This document shows positions 39,012 through 53,796 of a DNA stretch of 64,000 nucleotides, in pieces. The position numbers were made by a program, and so were the translations under genes. The stretch comes from Octopus vulgaris. Lineage: Eukaryota. The stretch's first letter is position 1, and each line of letters opens with the position of its first letter. The notes under the pieces were generated by a model. That model was not told the origin of the DNA. It saw only the letters and a program-made list of their open reading frames with translations, and made no database searches. The stretch lies in the NCBI GenBank assembly GCA_951406725.2, contig OX597822.1, positions 30,814,001 to 30,878,000 on the forward strand, read 5' to 3'.

Positions 39012-39933
39012 GTACAAAGTAGTTTAAAAGAGTTCCAGGACTAGTTCTGTAGTGCGCCAATAGATGGCAGCACATAGTTGTGACTGCAGTGAGAGCTAGC
39101 AGTGACCTTCCCGATGCTGTGTGCCGAATGACATCGCTGTATTTACTTCGTAAGTTGTAAAATTTGTACTTTTGTGATCGTGTGTATGCTGTTGCCTGCA
39201 GTTTTGTCGTAGAGAGGAAGTTGGAACAAAGAGACAATGTGAAATTTTTGCGTTACACTTGGGAAGTCTGCTATAGAGAAATTGAGCATGCTCGCTAAGC
39301 TTACGGCGACAAGAGAATGTGTCGTAAGCACTGTTTCGAGTGGCAGGGGTGCTTCAAAATTGGAATAACGTCCCTGGAAGACGACGAGCAATCTAGAAGA
39401 CCTGTCTCAAGAGTCACCCATGGAAATGTGGTATTGTGTATCGAGGATTTGTCTCCTAGGACCAGGCTGTCACTTGAGAGTTCTACTGCGATGTTTTGTT
39501 GCATTTGAAGGAGGATATTCGGCGAATGCGACCGGATTTGGGGAGCGCAAAGAACTAGATTCTTTAGCGAGCTCTTCTCATCCATGAGTTTCTCCCCCAA
39601 AACAAGACGGTTTCGCTCCGCAATTATCCTGTTCGCCAGATTTAACACTTGCTGATTTCCATATCTTCCCCAAGAGGAATATGCAGCCCCAACATCACCG
39701 TTTTATCATCGATGTCGAGATCTAGAGCAAATCGCAGAAGGTCTTTGAGTGGCGAGCTCAAAACGACTTCCAGAACTTCCAAAACTTGCAGACCGGATTC
39801 CTAAATTGGCAGGAGCACTGCAACCGGTGTGAGACTGCACAAAGTGGCCACTCCGAAGGAGATGATGTTAAAACTTAGAGGTAATAAGATATTTTGTATT
39901 AAACATAGCTAGTCCGAGAACCTTTTGATACTA
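39012..39933 (+). mobile_element. Old, internally deleted mariner element
   Basis: CFEWQGCFKIGITSLEDDEQSRRP (cf. GRTSLEDDERSGRP) and CSPDLTLADFHIFPK (cf. YSPDLAPSDFHLF). Degenerate TIRs: AAAAGAGTTCCAGGACTAG / CTAGTCCGAGAACCTTTT. Confidence 0.85.
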
Positions 39934-40001
39934 ACAGAGGAGTGTCGTCTAAGTCGTTACAACATGGGGTTTTCAGCTGTTAACTGACTTGCAAATATGA
40001 A

Positions 40002-40127
<126 letters not shown>

Positions 40128-40855
40128 AATAATAATAATAATAATCTCTTGAACCTCTTAAAAGTAACATATTTTTTTTATTTGCTGTCAGCCTAGTTGC
40201 ATTCAACTGTAAATCTAAGGTGGATAAATTATGATAAATGTGTAACATAGAGTTCTTCCAGAGAACCACAATAGAGATAACTTGAAAAGAGGCAGTTGTA
40301 TCGGTAGAAACTACACGGTGTTAAGACATAGCTTGCTACTTCAGAGGGGCGGAAGTTGTTCAGGTACAAGAGATGAAAAAGCTAATCTCTAATGGTTGGA
40401 GAGCAATGCCGTGGAAATATCCGCCAATTAGTCAACGGTATTTCTTTTAGGACAGAGTGTCTAGAATAGAGATGCTGATCTTATCTGCTAAGGAGGGTCA
40501 CAACAAATATCATAAGGCATTATATCCATTGCTCTAATGGCGAAATTAAATTCCTATCAATAAACCCTTAAGATATCCGAGTTCTGCTGTTTCAAATAAT
40601 ACTCATCTCTGCCAAGAGAATTTAAAACTGTTTTGAACACTATCGAATATAAATGAACTCTATTGGATACATCAAATATCACGTCTCCTAACAGCTTTAT
40701 GAATTATTTTAATTTACCAGTTTTATTAAATTATTTTTTGCTAATACAGATAACAACTAGTATCCACTCACCATTTTATGAGCTTATTCTGAATTAGCTT
40801 GCTACATTCCCTGTGGTGTCCAAACCCTATAATACATTCATTTATAATTTATGTG

Positions 40856-40902
<47 letters not shown>

Positions 40903-42131
40903 TTATGTGTGTATGTGTGTGTTTATATATATATATATGCTTGTGAGTGTGTGTATGTATATAATTATTTCATAAATGAAAATCGATAATTTCACATCAC
41001 GTTAATAATTAGCTTAAATCTAAAAGATGAAAGGCTTACGTTATATTTATGAATTGGTAAATTTAGACATAAATAGATTTAAAACACTTACTAACAGAGA
41101 CATTTTTGCAGTACAGTCGAGTCATTTTGACCATTTAAACAGACACAAAGATTTATACAAATCTCATACTTGCATGTTTCTGATACTATGTGGTATTATT
41201 AAATAACGATGTTTCATTCAACATTTACGACCGCATCAGTAATAATTGATTCTCTTGTATTGTACACGGATAGAAGTATGTAGTTTAAAACTTTATATAT
41301 AGTTTCGGAAAATTATGTAATGATAAAAATGTTAAGTTATTAGCTTAAGTGAATATGTATGTGATAAATATGACGCAGTGAAATTGTTGTAGCTACAATG
41401 TACGTTCACAGACAGTAGTGGATTTTTGCTGGGTCTGACAGAAAATGTTACAGCATTTAGATACAGCTGTTTACATTCCGATTTCAAATACGGCAGACGT
41501 CAACTTTGACTTTCGTCCTCTTTGGGTAGATATTATAGTATATCAGTCAATTATCGTTTATTTCCCATCTCTTAAAATTTTAGGTCTCTGTGTTTTTAGA
41601 TAAAATATCAGTCAAGTACTGAGATCAATATAATCGCTTGTTGCCCTTCTCTTAATATATTAGGTCACTTTGGGTTGACCAGTCTACTACTTTAATCAAT
41701 ATAATCATTTCTTTCTCCTCTGTTAAAATTTTACGTCTTGTACCTATTGTCTAAACAATATATGATCGAAGATGAATTTAAGAAACATTAAATTAGAAAT
41801 GATAATAATGTTGTGTTCAAATTTTCTTACAGGGCCAATGATTTTAAGAAGGGTGTGATCAATAATTACATTGACACTGGTACATGATTTTATTGGCCTC
41901 AAAGAATGAAAGGCAAAGTTTACACACACACACACAAATATATATGCATATATCCATATGTTATTTAATACAGACATGCTTATTTCTTCAAATATTTGTT
42001 TTCTAATCATTTTTATATTTTCATTTCTCTACTCTGGTCTTCCAGATTCGCCACATGTTATTAATTACATGAAAGGCGAGTGAACTTGGGATTCGAGCGT
42101 TCTGTTTTTATTTATTTGTATATATATATAT

Positions 42132-42180
<49 letters not shown>

Positions 42181-43034
42181 CGTGTGTATGTCCTAAATCT
42201 CGGAGTAGGAGAAAGAGTAGTATAAGTGAAGGGAGAGGGGAGAAAATAGTAAGTCAGTGAAGGAGAAGTAGTAAGAGTAATAGCCGTGACCGAGAGAACG
42301 AGTGAGAGAAAGTAATAGCAATGGAAAATGGAAGGGGTGATAGATGAAAAAGGAAGGAGGGGTGAAAAAAAATCAGCGTTTTAACGCTGTGTGAATATTT
42401 GTATGTAAGTAAAAGGGAAGTATGTGAATGCGTGTGGGGGGTTTGTGCAATGGAAATGGGATGGTGAACTTTCAATGCTGAAAAGAAAAGTCTGACTGCA
42501 TTACGATTCTCTTTGAGTATATGTGTGTATGTGTGTGCGTGTACAAGGGAAGTATGTGAATGCTTGTATAATCTGTGATTATTATGTAATTATTTTGTAA
42601 CTTATGTGTATATAAAATACAACTAGCCGTCATTTTTGACGGCACGGTGTCAGCTACTCTTCATAAAATGAAAACGACTTCGGCATCAGGAGTAGATGGC
42701 TGAGTACTCCTCACTGAGTAATTATTACATCATTGAATTTGTTAGCTAGAAAACATATGTAACCTGAATTTACCTGTTCCACTCCCTCAATTTAGATAAC
42801 ACACACACACACAGACACCGCTCACACACTCATGCACACGTGCACACACATACATACATACACACACAAATACACACGCAGACACACACATATATATATA
42901 TACATGCACGTATACACATTACCAGGATATGAAGGCTAGCTTAATAAAGATTACTTTAAAACACCCCACCTTTCCTCTCTTTGTGAGCATGTGTGCGCGT
43001 CTATACAAGCCTACATACATATATACATACATAA

Positions 43035-43116
<82 letters not shown>

Positions 43117-43393
43117 ATATACATATATATACACATACAATATACGTACACACAAATGCAGACTTATGTCCTTATATTTTATGCATGTTTTGTATAGTTA
43201 TATTCTTGTGTGTGTACTTGATTTGTGTGTGCGTGTGCATACATGAATATATAGCACAAATGCTAATACAATATTTGCAGGAAGTCGCTAAGAGAGTAGA
43301 AGTCGAATAGACAATCAAGTTGATGTTCTAATGCTGACTTGAATATTTTTAAAAAGTTGTAATAATATTTAGTATAAAATGTACGTGTGATGA

Positions 43394-43458
<65 letters not shown>

Positions 43459-43547
43459 GTATATATGTATACATGTATATAATGGTGCCCCAGCATGACC
43501 ACAAATTTAAAGCTGAAAAATTTAAAGAAACAGAACATTGTTGTATG

Positions 43548-43606
<59 letters not shown>

Positions 43607-43697
43607 TTGTGTGTGTGTGTGTATCGATATATATAAATAGATATATATATATGATATATATACATACATACATACATACATACATACATACATACAT

Positions 43698-43761
<64 letters not shown>

Positions 43762-43925
43762 GACTAAACTTAAAACTTGCATTTATTGCTCCAACCTAAA
43801 TTTCTCAGTTATTGCGTTCCGAACCAATTTATTTGGTTAGGACATAAATGAATAAAAAAAAACTGTCATACAAAGATTTATGCTTAATATTCATTTCAGA
43901 TTTCCCATCTTTCTTTCTCTACCTC

Positions 43926-43984
<59 letters not shown>

Positions 43985-45321
43985 TTACATTTCTTGTTGA
44001 TTTAGTATATCTGCACGTATTTGTGTGTCTGTGTGAGTGTGTGTGTATGAATTTGTGAAACTAAAGTAAATGACAAATACAATATCTCCAATAGTTTGAT
44101 ATCTCTAGATACTTAGGGAAGGCGAGAGCATCTCTCTCTCTCTCTCTCTCTCGCATACTCTCACACACACACACACACACACACATACACTCACACATAC
44201 ACACACAAAAACACACACGCACACACACTGGCAGTTCTATAAATTGACAAATTCTATTGTAGCTTCACTGAACAGTGTTTAGTGTTATGAAATAATTGAA
44301 ATTACACCTATAAATTTTCTGTTTTGAATTTAACATATTTTTAGACTATAGATTCATATATTCATTCAATTGGCGTTATGAGATTTTATAGCGTCCCAAA
44401 TTATAATTGTTTTTCTTATTGATTTTGGCGAGTCTATATAATTTCATTGAAAATTTCTTAAGTTAAAATATATTCGGGAATTTAAATAGGTGTTTGAGAT
44501 TACCGTTTTGAGCTTACATACACATACATACATACATACATACATACATACATACATACATACATACATACATTCATACATACATTACATACATACATAT
44601 ACGCACACACATCCACATATATTATATATATATACACGCTTATATACATATATACATATATCTATACATGCATATATATCCATGTGTGTGTACGTGTGTG
44701 TATGGCTCTTTCTTTAAATACGTTAACGGGAAGGATATTCTACGAGCTTCTTAATATACATTCGTTTTATTTTTCTCTCTAATGATAAAGATGAATATTA
44801 AATTCTCGTGATTATGCATGTTTCACAGACTTTACAAACAGAAGAAGATATGAAAATATTTTCTCAATTAATTTGTGAATCGAAACGCAGAAACCTTTTC
44901 CATGCTATAGAGCTCGCCAGGGAGATGGTAATGAGTTTATTTTTCTCTGACAGAACAAATAAAATGTATTTTGTTCCTTTTTGTATGGGGAATGTTGTGC
45001 TTTTAATTTCATTAATTTTCTTGTAGATATTCGAAATTAACTTAAATAATAGGATTTTTCTAGCACATCATAAGAAATTTTAACCATAAATTAGTATCTT
45101 ACCTCATCAGTGGCTTATGTTCCACACTAGTTGCTAAAGACACTCAACACAATCTTACTCTTAGTACAATCAATTTTATTTATTCGGGGCTGGGTGGAAA
45201 CAAGTTGGTATAAGTTTTATCCACAAACGTTTTAGAGTTACTTTTAAAATGGAATTGTTTTAATAAGGGATTGAAAATGGCTATCCTACCAATTTTCATT
45301 TAAAGTTACTGTATAAAATGT

Positions 45322-45736
45322 TACTCTTTTACTCTTTTACTTGTTTCAGTCATTTGACTGTGGCCATGTTGGAGCACCGCCTTTAGTCGATCAATCGATC
45401 CCAGGACTTATTCTTTGTAAGCCTAGTACTTATTCTATCGGTATCTTTTGCCGAACCGCTAAGTTACGGGGACGTAAACACAACCTCATCGGTTGTCAAG
45501 CGATGTTGGGGGGACAAACGCAGACACACAAGCGTATACACACATACATACACATACATATATATACATATATACGACGGGCTTCTTTCAGTTTCCGTCT
45601 ACCAAATCCACTCACAAGGCTTTGGTCGGCCCGAGGCTATAGTAGGAGACACTTGCCCAAGGTACCACGCAGTGGGACTGAACCCAGAACCATGTGGTTC
45701 GTAAGAAAGCTACTTACCACACAGCCACTCCTACGC
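45322..45736 (-). mobile_element. SINE family K
   Basis: Full-length reverse-complement copy with a (GAGTAAAA) tail. Confidence 0.9.
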
Positions 45737-45834
45737 ATGAATTATCTAAGTATTCCTCCATCTATCAAATAACCGGCTTTCAATAGGTTCGATAATCGGA
45801 TGTTATGCTCGAAACACAAAAATACTATAAATAA

Positions 45835-46026
45835 CCCTTTCTACTATAGGCACATGGACTGAAATTCTGAGGTAGGGTACTAGTCGATTACATCGACTCC
45901 AGTGGTCGACAAGTACTTAATTTATTTACCTCGAAAGGCTGAAAGACAAAGTTGGCCACGGCGGAATTTGAACTCAGAACCTAGCATTTTGCGCGACATG
46001 CAAAAGATCCTTCCCGCTCGCCACCT
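45835..46026 (-). mobile_element. SINE family M
   Basis: Matches 979-1161. Confidence 0.8.
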
Positions 46027-46360
46027 TGAAAAAATACTATGAATAATAGCATGCAAATGTCGGATTTTTCAACCCAACAGGTTAAAAAAAAAAAAGAAAC
46101 CACCGGATCTTGGCTATCACTCCACTACGCAGGAGCGCGCGGCTGATGTGAGCCAAATAGATCCAAACCGGGGCAGTCCGCAATCCTGTTAGTTGACAGA
46201 GAGTAGTAGGGTTTAACTGCCACTGCTATATATTTTGTATATAAAGGGTGCAGAGCTTGCACTGAAAACTAGCTGGCGTAGGATCTGCCTGGGGTTACAC
46301 TCGTAGCAACACTCAACTGCTACTCTATCTCTTGTTGAGATTATATAACTATTTATTTTG

Positions 46361-46478
46361 CTGGAGTGGCTGAGTGGTAAGAAGCTTGCTTCCGGGTTCA
46401 GTCCCACCACGCGGTACATTGGGCAAGCCTTGTGAGTGGATTCGGTAGACGGAAACTGAAAAATACCCGTCGCATATG

Positions 46479-46520
<42 letters not shown>

Positions 46521-46800
46521 GGCTTGTGTGCGCGCGCGTGTGTGCGTGTGTGTGTATGTGTGTGTGTGTTTGTGTGTTTGTGTGAGTGTGTGTGTGTATT
46601 TGTGCGCCTGACTTTGTCCCCCACCATCGCTTGACAGCAGCTGATGGTATGTTTACGTCCCCGTGACTTAGCGGTTCTGTAAAAGAACCGGTAGGATAAG
46701 TACTAGGCTTACAAAGATTAAATTTTGGGGTCAATTTGTTGGACTAAAGGCGGAGCTACAGTATGGCCGCAGTCAAATGACTGAAAAATAGAATAAAAGA
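46361..46800 (+). mobile_element. SINE family K (internally deleted)
   Basis: GGAGTGGCTGAGTGGTAAG...GGTTCAGTCCCAC...CAGTCAAATGACTGAAA. Confidence 0.88.
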
Positions 46801-47036
46801 ATATATATATATATATATATACATTTATTTATTTATTTATTCAATCTTTAGTCCCACTGCGTGGCACCTTGTGCATGTGTCTTTTACTATAGCCTCGGGC
46901 TATAGTTCATATGTATATATATATATATATATATCCGTTACAATTATTGCACTTCAATAAAATATAAGTTTTTAAAAGTTGCTAAAAATTACGGTTATAT
47001 ATACGGTGGATATATATGTATATTATACATAATGTC

Positions 47037-47072
<36 letters not shown>

Positions 47073-47784
47073 CCTTTATGGGATGGTAACGGGGAGTGTT
47101 CGTATGGTATATACGTAAGATGTAAGAAAAAGAAAACTAAAATATAACATTTTGTGTAACAAGACAAAATCTTCGAAGAGAAATGAGAGAATTTCTATAG
47201 CTTTCAACTGAGTCATTAATACACTAGTTCTACAAATTCTACCCGGAATAACAGCTCTGAAAATAGTGATGCTGTCTGGATAGTATGTTCTGAATAGAAA
47301 ACGTCGTATAACATCTATAGATTTTTTTCTTGACTCCATTACATAAAATGTCTGGAAAGTATATTTGCACTAACAAAATTGAGAGTATATTAAAAAAAAA
47401 TAATAAGTAATTAACAAACCTTTCTACAAAATAAATATTATGAATATATTTTATTTTTAAACCATCAATATGGAGAAATAATGGTTTATGTAACACAATG
47501 TTGCCTTAAAACCTATACTTGTCATAATCAGAAAGCTCTTGCTTCACAGTATAAATAATTAACATTGCTAAAATGTCTGTTCGTTCATATTCACATGATG
47601 GATATATCTACATCAAATGAAAAAGTATTATGTATGATGTAATAATGACCCAAGCTAATCTATTTAATGTAAATAAAAAGTAATATCTATGATATATGAT
47701 TGGCAAGCGTAAAATCTTTTTCCAACTGTAAGTTGATTAATCACACCTTACTAAAAAAATATTCATACACATCCACATATGCAT

Positions 47785-47949
47785 GGCGTAAGAGTGGCTG
47801 TGTGGTAAGTAGCTTGCTTATGAACCACATGGTTCCGGGTTCAGTCCCACTGCGTGGCATCCGGGGCAAGTGTCGTTTACTATAGCTTCGGGCCGACAAA
47901 AGCTTTGTGAGTAGATTTGGTAGACGGAAAATGAAAGAAGCCCGTCGTA

Positions 47950-48003
<54 letters not shown>

Positions 48004-48224
48004 GGTGTGTGTGTGTGTGTGTGTGTAGGGTGTGCGTGTCTGTGTCTGTGTTTATCTCCCCAACATCGCTTGACAACAGATGCTGGTGTGCTTACCGGTT
48101 CGGTTAAAGAAACCGATAGAATAAGGACTAGGTTTACAAAGAATAAGTCCAGGGATCGATTTTCTCGACTAAAGGTGGTGCTCCAGCATGGCCACAATCA
48201 AATGACTGAAACAAGTAAAAGAGT
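47785..48224 (+). mobile_element. SINE family K
   Basis: Full-length copy with A-box-like TGGCTGTGTGG and B-box-like GGTTCAGTCCC. Confidence 0.9.
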
Positions 48225-48266
48225 ATATATATATACATACATACATACTTATATATAAATACATAT

Positions 48267-48297
<31 letters not shown>

Positions 48298-48599
48298 CAT
48301 ACATACATATATACATATGCGTGTGTGTGCGTGTGTGTATATGTGTGAGCGTACATTCGTCTGTGCGTATGCAGCTTTGCGGTTGTGTTCGTGTTTAGAA
48401 TCTTACAACTGCAAATGGACTGTTCATAACCCTGTAAGATAGTAGTTCGGCCAAATTGCTAATACAATAATGTGACAAGCTTAAAGTTCTGCCTTCCGAT
48501 TTGATCATTTAAGACTCGTTGGTACCTCAGTATCGCCAATGTCCAATGACTTGAACAATTAAAAGCTTATGAAATAAAAGAAAGCTTAATTATAGATTG

Positions 48600-49600
48600 G
48601 ACTTATGAACTTAAGCCATTGAAACAGAATTGTTTTGACACTGATGCTCGAATAAAATTAATTCGGTGAAGAAAGAAACATTTCGTCCTACAATTAAAAA
48701 CCTTAATGCTCATATCCAGTTTAAAATAAAGCCCATATTGATCTAAATAGCCGTAAACTCTTGAGTTTGTGAATGGTTAAGCTAGCAATACTTACCATTA
48801 TATTTGAAATCCAATAGAAAAGCTTGGTTTCTCAAATGTTTATTGGAAGACTATGTCAAGAATTGTTCTTTGTTCCGAAGCCGAAACATGTCGTACGCTT
48901 TTAAATCTGGATTTGGAGATTTGATGAAGCAGTTCCAATTCTTGTCACCTGTCAAACTATTAAATCTCAATTTTACTTCTAAGAGCGACATCAATTCCAA
49001 AGCATAGATTAAAAGGAAATACCAGGATACAAGGCCTACTACTAAAAATATTTTTGCCCTCTTTTGTTGAAAATAAAAGCAAAAAGCAACACAGAAAAAA
49101 TTGCAATTAATCTTATCGACTTTTGGAGGAACTTTAACGTAAAGAATGCATCGGGAAATATTAATGAGGCATGGTGTGCAATGAGGCATGGCGCACAGTA
49201 AAAGCCAGTAATGTGAGAGCTGTTTGGGAAAATATAATAACATCCCTCACTGCGCAAATTATTTCAGCGAATTTGAGGCGGAAGTAACAGAGGCTACAGG
49301 AAAACAATCACTCCACTTTGGAAAGCCTCGATTAGACAATGATATTGCTATAATGAAAGTGTTGTTTGACTCGTGTGACGTGTAATTAAATGATGAAAAT
49401 CTTTAAAATTTAGAGTGGCAACTAAGTTATGAGGATTATGGCCAAATTAGAATACACGAAGCTGAAACGCTAAGGAAATTATTATCAATTAAAAGAATTT
49501 TTGAAGATTGACAGCAAATGATAACGAATACAGACACGAATGTAGTGAGAGCGACAAAAGTCAGAAGACGACTGAAAATACACTCAATTGTTATAGGCCA
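48600..49600 (+). mobile_element. Decayed pogo/Tigger (CENP-B-like DDE) transposase remnant
   Basis: NAHIQFKIKPIL (cf. NAAGDFKLKPLL), LPLYLKSNRKAWF (cf. LPVxWRSNKKAWM) and EAWRTVKASNVRAVW. Confidence 0.7.
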
Positions 49601-50011
49601 AGCACAAAGATAAGAAAGGAAAATCAAAGCGAAGTTTCCTTTCAAAAATTTTCAAACTATTGATGCAAGTTAATAAGTTCATGAAAGAGACATAGGTGTA
49701 ATTGATTTGATCTCTTCGTTATTAGTAACAATTTCCCTACACTTTTCTCTTTTAGTATATCAGAAAGTTTAATAAGCGGTATCTTTAAAAGCTTCGACGT
49801 TAATCGGTGATGTTACATGTATTTATAAAGTCAAACAGTGTGGCGTTTCTGAAGTGCACGTCAGCTGCAATAAAAGAGAAATGCTTTTCCTGCCCGCACA
49901 CACACATACACTCACACTCACATGCACGGAGACCTACCTATTTAACTACCTACATACTTACCTACCGACCTACATACCTACTTGCCTACCAATAAACATC
50001 TATCTATCTAT

Positions 50012-50084
<73 letters not shown>

Positions 50085-50213
50085 CTATATCTACATATAT
50101 AGATATATAAAAATATATATATAGGTATATATATATGTATATATATATATAGATAGATATATGGATATATATATGGATATAGATATATACAGATATAGAT
50201 ATATATATATCTA

Positions 50214-50286
<73 letters not shown>

Positions 50287-50359
50287 GTCTATGTATGTAT
50301 GTATGTATGTATGTATGTATGTATGTATGTATCTGTCTGTCTGTCTGTCTCTCTGTCTG

Positions 50360-50461
<102 letters not shown>

Positions 50462-50689
50462 CATCGTTGTGGCTCGAATACACATGGATGGTTTCATTGA
50501 AGAAACAAAATGCTGATCTATGGGAAAACACGAGAGAAAAAGCAAAAGTTGGAATGAAGAAAGTGGAACCAGGAAATGTATACATAAAACCTAGGAAAGA
50601 CGAAAAACGAAAAGTTGTGTTTCCTCTACCAATCAAAATTGTAATTAATCCAGCTGATATAAAGTATTTCATTGGCCAAAATCTGTGAG

Positions 50690-52260
50690 ACACCGGCTCA
50701 ATCCGTGGATAGTGGTATCCTCCTGTTCGACAAAAGAAATTTTGTACTTGAATTTGCTAAAGTTTTCGTCTCCAGAATTAGGTAGTGTGGTCGACTTGTT
50801 GGACAGAAAAAGATTGTTTGATCTTTCGGCTATAGATAGCCTGCATCATTTTGATCCATTTATATATGGAATATATTTCCCCATGTTACTTCCAATGACA
50901 GTATATTGGGTGAGGCTGGTCTTTAGATCCCATGAATACAACTTTTTGTCTGTTTTTAACTGTGTCGGAAGGAAAACCGGTGATTTGCATATCTTCTTTT
51001 AAAATTGCTTTCGCATAAACCGATGTAAATATTCTTTTAGATTGTTAATTTGGTGGTCTACTGTGACTTCAGATTCATAAACGACTGAGTTTAAAAAACA
51101 TGCTAAATCGAGAGGTCAAGATTCAGGGTCACTACAGTTACAGCTAGAAATGGGCTCTCGGTGTGGCTTGCGAGTGGTGATGTCCTTATTGGAGCAACGA
51201 CTGTATCAAATTATTATCGGTCGTCTATTAAGACATTTACTGTATTTATGCATTACTGGGAAAAGCTTTCCGAATAATTCTAGGTATCTTTTGCTTTTGT
51301 TAGTCTTAACATTCAAACAGAAAGAAGGTGCGAATTACATTATATTTCTGGGTCTATTTTTAGCTTTCATATATTTAATTTTTTATGCTTCATATATCTA
51401 ACTAGGACATTCTTAGTAAGTGCCCGCTTTATGAAATATATTTTAGATATACTATCAGATAACCTACTACTGATGCTGGCAATCAAGCTTTTAAACATTA
51501 TGTTAGAGGTGACATGACAAGGCTCATAAGAGCACGAGGTTAGCCGGGAAATATACTTTAGGCAAATTAGTGGTTGCAGTAATTTTAAGGCCAAATTGAC
51601 TAAATGTAGATATGATTTCTCATAGATTTATCAAGTGTATATCCAGCACAGTCATGAGATATGCAGACAAAATCGCCTCGGTATAGATCAATATCGTGGG
51701 GTGGGAAGTTGGATTTCAATATATAGGGACCTGCACGATCACAGATGGCTGCATTATCACACGATCCAATCGATGCATCAAAGAATTAAGCTGTTTCGGA
51801 TTTTTTAACCCTCATGGAGCAGTAACTTAATAAATAGATGGGATTTTGGAGCATGCATGATAAAGTGCAGGTTTATGGGGTCAAAATTGACATATGCTTT
51901 TGCGAAATCAATAGCCTTATCCGGTAAAGATATCGATATCGAGGAATAATAATTTACAATATCAAAAGTGTAACTCTGACCCTACAGTGTTTTTATTTGC
52001 CTATTACTGAAGTTTGGTAATTTTAAACTATTTCTTAAATCTAATGCAAATATCCATTAGTATTTTTATTTTATTGTTTGCTATTAAACCAAATCCAGTC
52101 CTTACTGTGTTTAAAGCTCTACATTACTGAAATTAGTTTTCTTATCTTTTAGACATATAAACAGTTCTCTTTTAGCTAAGCTTTCTAACCTATCAATAAT
52201 TTAACTTCGCTTTTCCTGAAATGTAGTCTCATCTTTGATAGCATTGTCTCTATCTATGTT
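50690..52260 (-). mobile_element. Decayed Penelope-like element with RT and GIY-YIG endonuclease
   Basis: Colinear minus-strand fragments: DRLESLAKRELFICLKDKKTNF, FDIVNYYSSIS..DKAIDFAK, FDASIGSCDNAAICDRAGPYIL, FGLKITATTNL, FAPSFCLNVKTN..KLFP, CNCSDPES*PLDLACFLNSVVY, IYIGLCESNFKRRYANH. Confidence 0.88.
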
Positions 52261-52267
52261 AGTTTTA

Positions 52268-52530
52268 TCGACCAGACTAACGGATGTTCTTACAACCACT
52301 GATCACAATGCGCTATCTATCATTGTTGTAGAGTTGGAGTGATGCCACCCCGCTGGCCAGGCGGCTATGTAAGCATTTCTCCTGAACGAGACGGCATTCT
52401 TATCGTTGGTAGGGTTATCCATTTACAACTGAATACAGAGGAGCTAAGTAAAATAAAGAGTCTTGCTGACGAATCGAAATTATAATCTTGCAATCGTGTG
52501 TGCAACATCCAAAACACTAGGACGCGCCTT
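52268..52530 (-). mobile_element. Degenerate SINE with a type-2 tail
   Basis: GATGCCACCCCGCTGGC and TCACAATGCG are shared with 3942-4040. Confidence 0.6.
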
Positions 52531-52568
52531 CACATACACATGTATGTATGTATATATGTATATGTGTG

Positions 52569-52609
<41 letters not shown>

Positions 52610-52655
52610 TTTCATTCTTTCCTGAGCGATCAATAACACTATATATGTATATATC

Positions 52656-52943
52656 AAATTAGAAAAAAACCCACCTTTTATCAATTCAAATTATACCATC
52701 TAGAAAATTACATATAATAGAAATATTAAAAATAAAATAACAATAATATACCAATGATTAAGTAAATTGCAAACTAATAATAAAAACGTATATATTTGGT
52801 ATATATTTATTATTTTGCAATTTACTTAATCATTGGTGTATTATTGTTATTTTATTTTTAATATTTCTATTATATGTAATTTTCTAGGTGGTGTAATTTA
52901 ATTGTTCATTTTTGACTTGATAAAAGGTTTTTTTTTCTAATTT
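52656..52943. repeat. Long AT-rich inverted repeat (~125-bp arms) between (TA)n tracts
   Basis: CTAGAAAATTACATATAATAGAAATATTAAAAATAAAATAACAATAAT.. is mirrored by ..ATTATTGTTATTTTATTTTTAATATTTCTATTATATGTAATTTTCTAG. Confidence 0.93.
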
Positions 52944-52954
52944 TATATATATAT

Positions 52955-53325
52955 AGGCGCAGGAGTGGCTGTGTGGTAAGTAGCTTGTTTACCAACAAGT
53001 AGCTTGTTTACCAACCACATAGTTCCGGGCCGACCAAAGCCTTGTGAGTGGATTTGGTAGACGGAAACTGAAAGACGCCCGTCGTATATATATATATATG
53101 TATATATGTGTGTGCGTGTATGTTTGTGTTTGTCCCTCTAGCATTACTTGACAACCGATGCTGGTGTGTTTATGTTCCCGTCACTTAGCGGTTCGGCAAA
53201 AGAGACCGATAGAATAAGTACTGGGCCAAAGAATAAGTCCCGGGTCGAGTTGCTCGATTAAAGGCGGTGCTCCAGCATGGCCGCAGTCAAATGACTGAAA
53301 CAAGTAAAAGATGAAAGAGTAAAGA

Positions 53326-53327
<2 letters not shown>
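52955..53327 (+). mobile_element. SINE family K (with a 19-bp internal tandem duplication and a deletion)
   Basis: AAGTAGCTTGTTTACCAAC occurs twice near the 5' end; the rest matches the 47785 copy. Confidence 0.9.
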
Positions 53328-53386
<59 letters not shown>

Positions 53387-53796
53387 TTTGTGAAATTTGA
53401 TTTAGTATTTCTAAATTGAATTTTTCCCTGTAAGTTAGGAATAATATTTCCTCAAATAATAATTATTTACATATATATATATATCAAGATAAATTAAACA
53501 TAGAGATATTCAATTGGCAACCCAATAATTATTATTACAATATTACGTTAAATACTATGAATATAATATCTAGCATAACATAATATTATATAACATGTGT
53601 AACTATAAAAACCATAGGTTTGTTACTATATATATATATTTTTTTTTCTTGTTCCAGCTCGGATCTGCGGCCATACTGATGCACCGTCAAAAAAATTCCA
53701 ACTTTGATTTTCACGTTTTATTTACAATCTTATAATAATATAATATAAGACAATATAATATAATGAAATGATAGAATATTAAATGTCCATTCTGAT

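Noticed and set aside
45095-45115. CTGATGAG-GTAAG on the minus strand (hammerhead core or splice donor)
   Set aside because: No stem II or GAAA for a ribozyme, and no supportable exon upstream.
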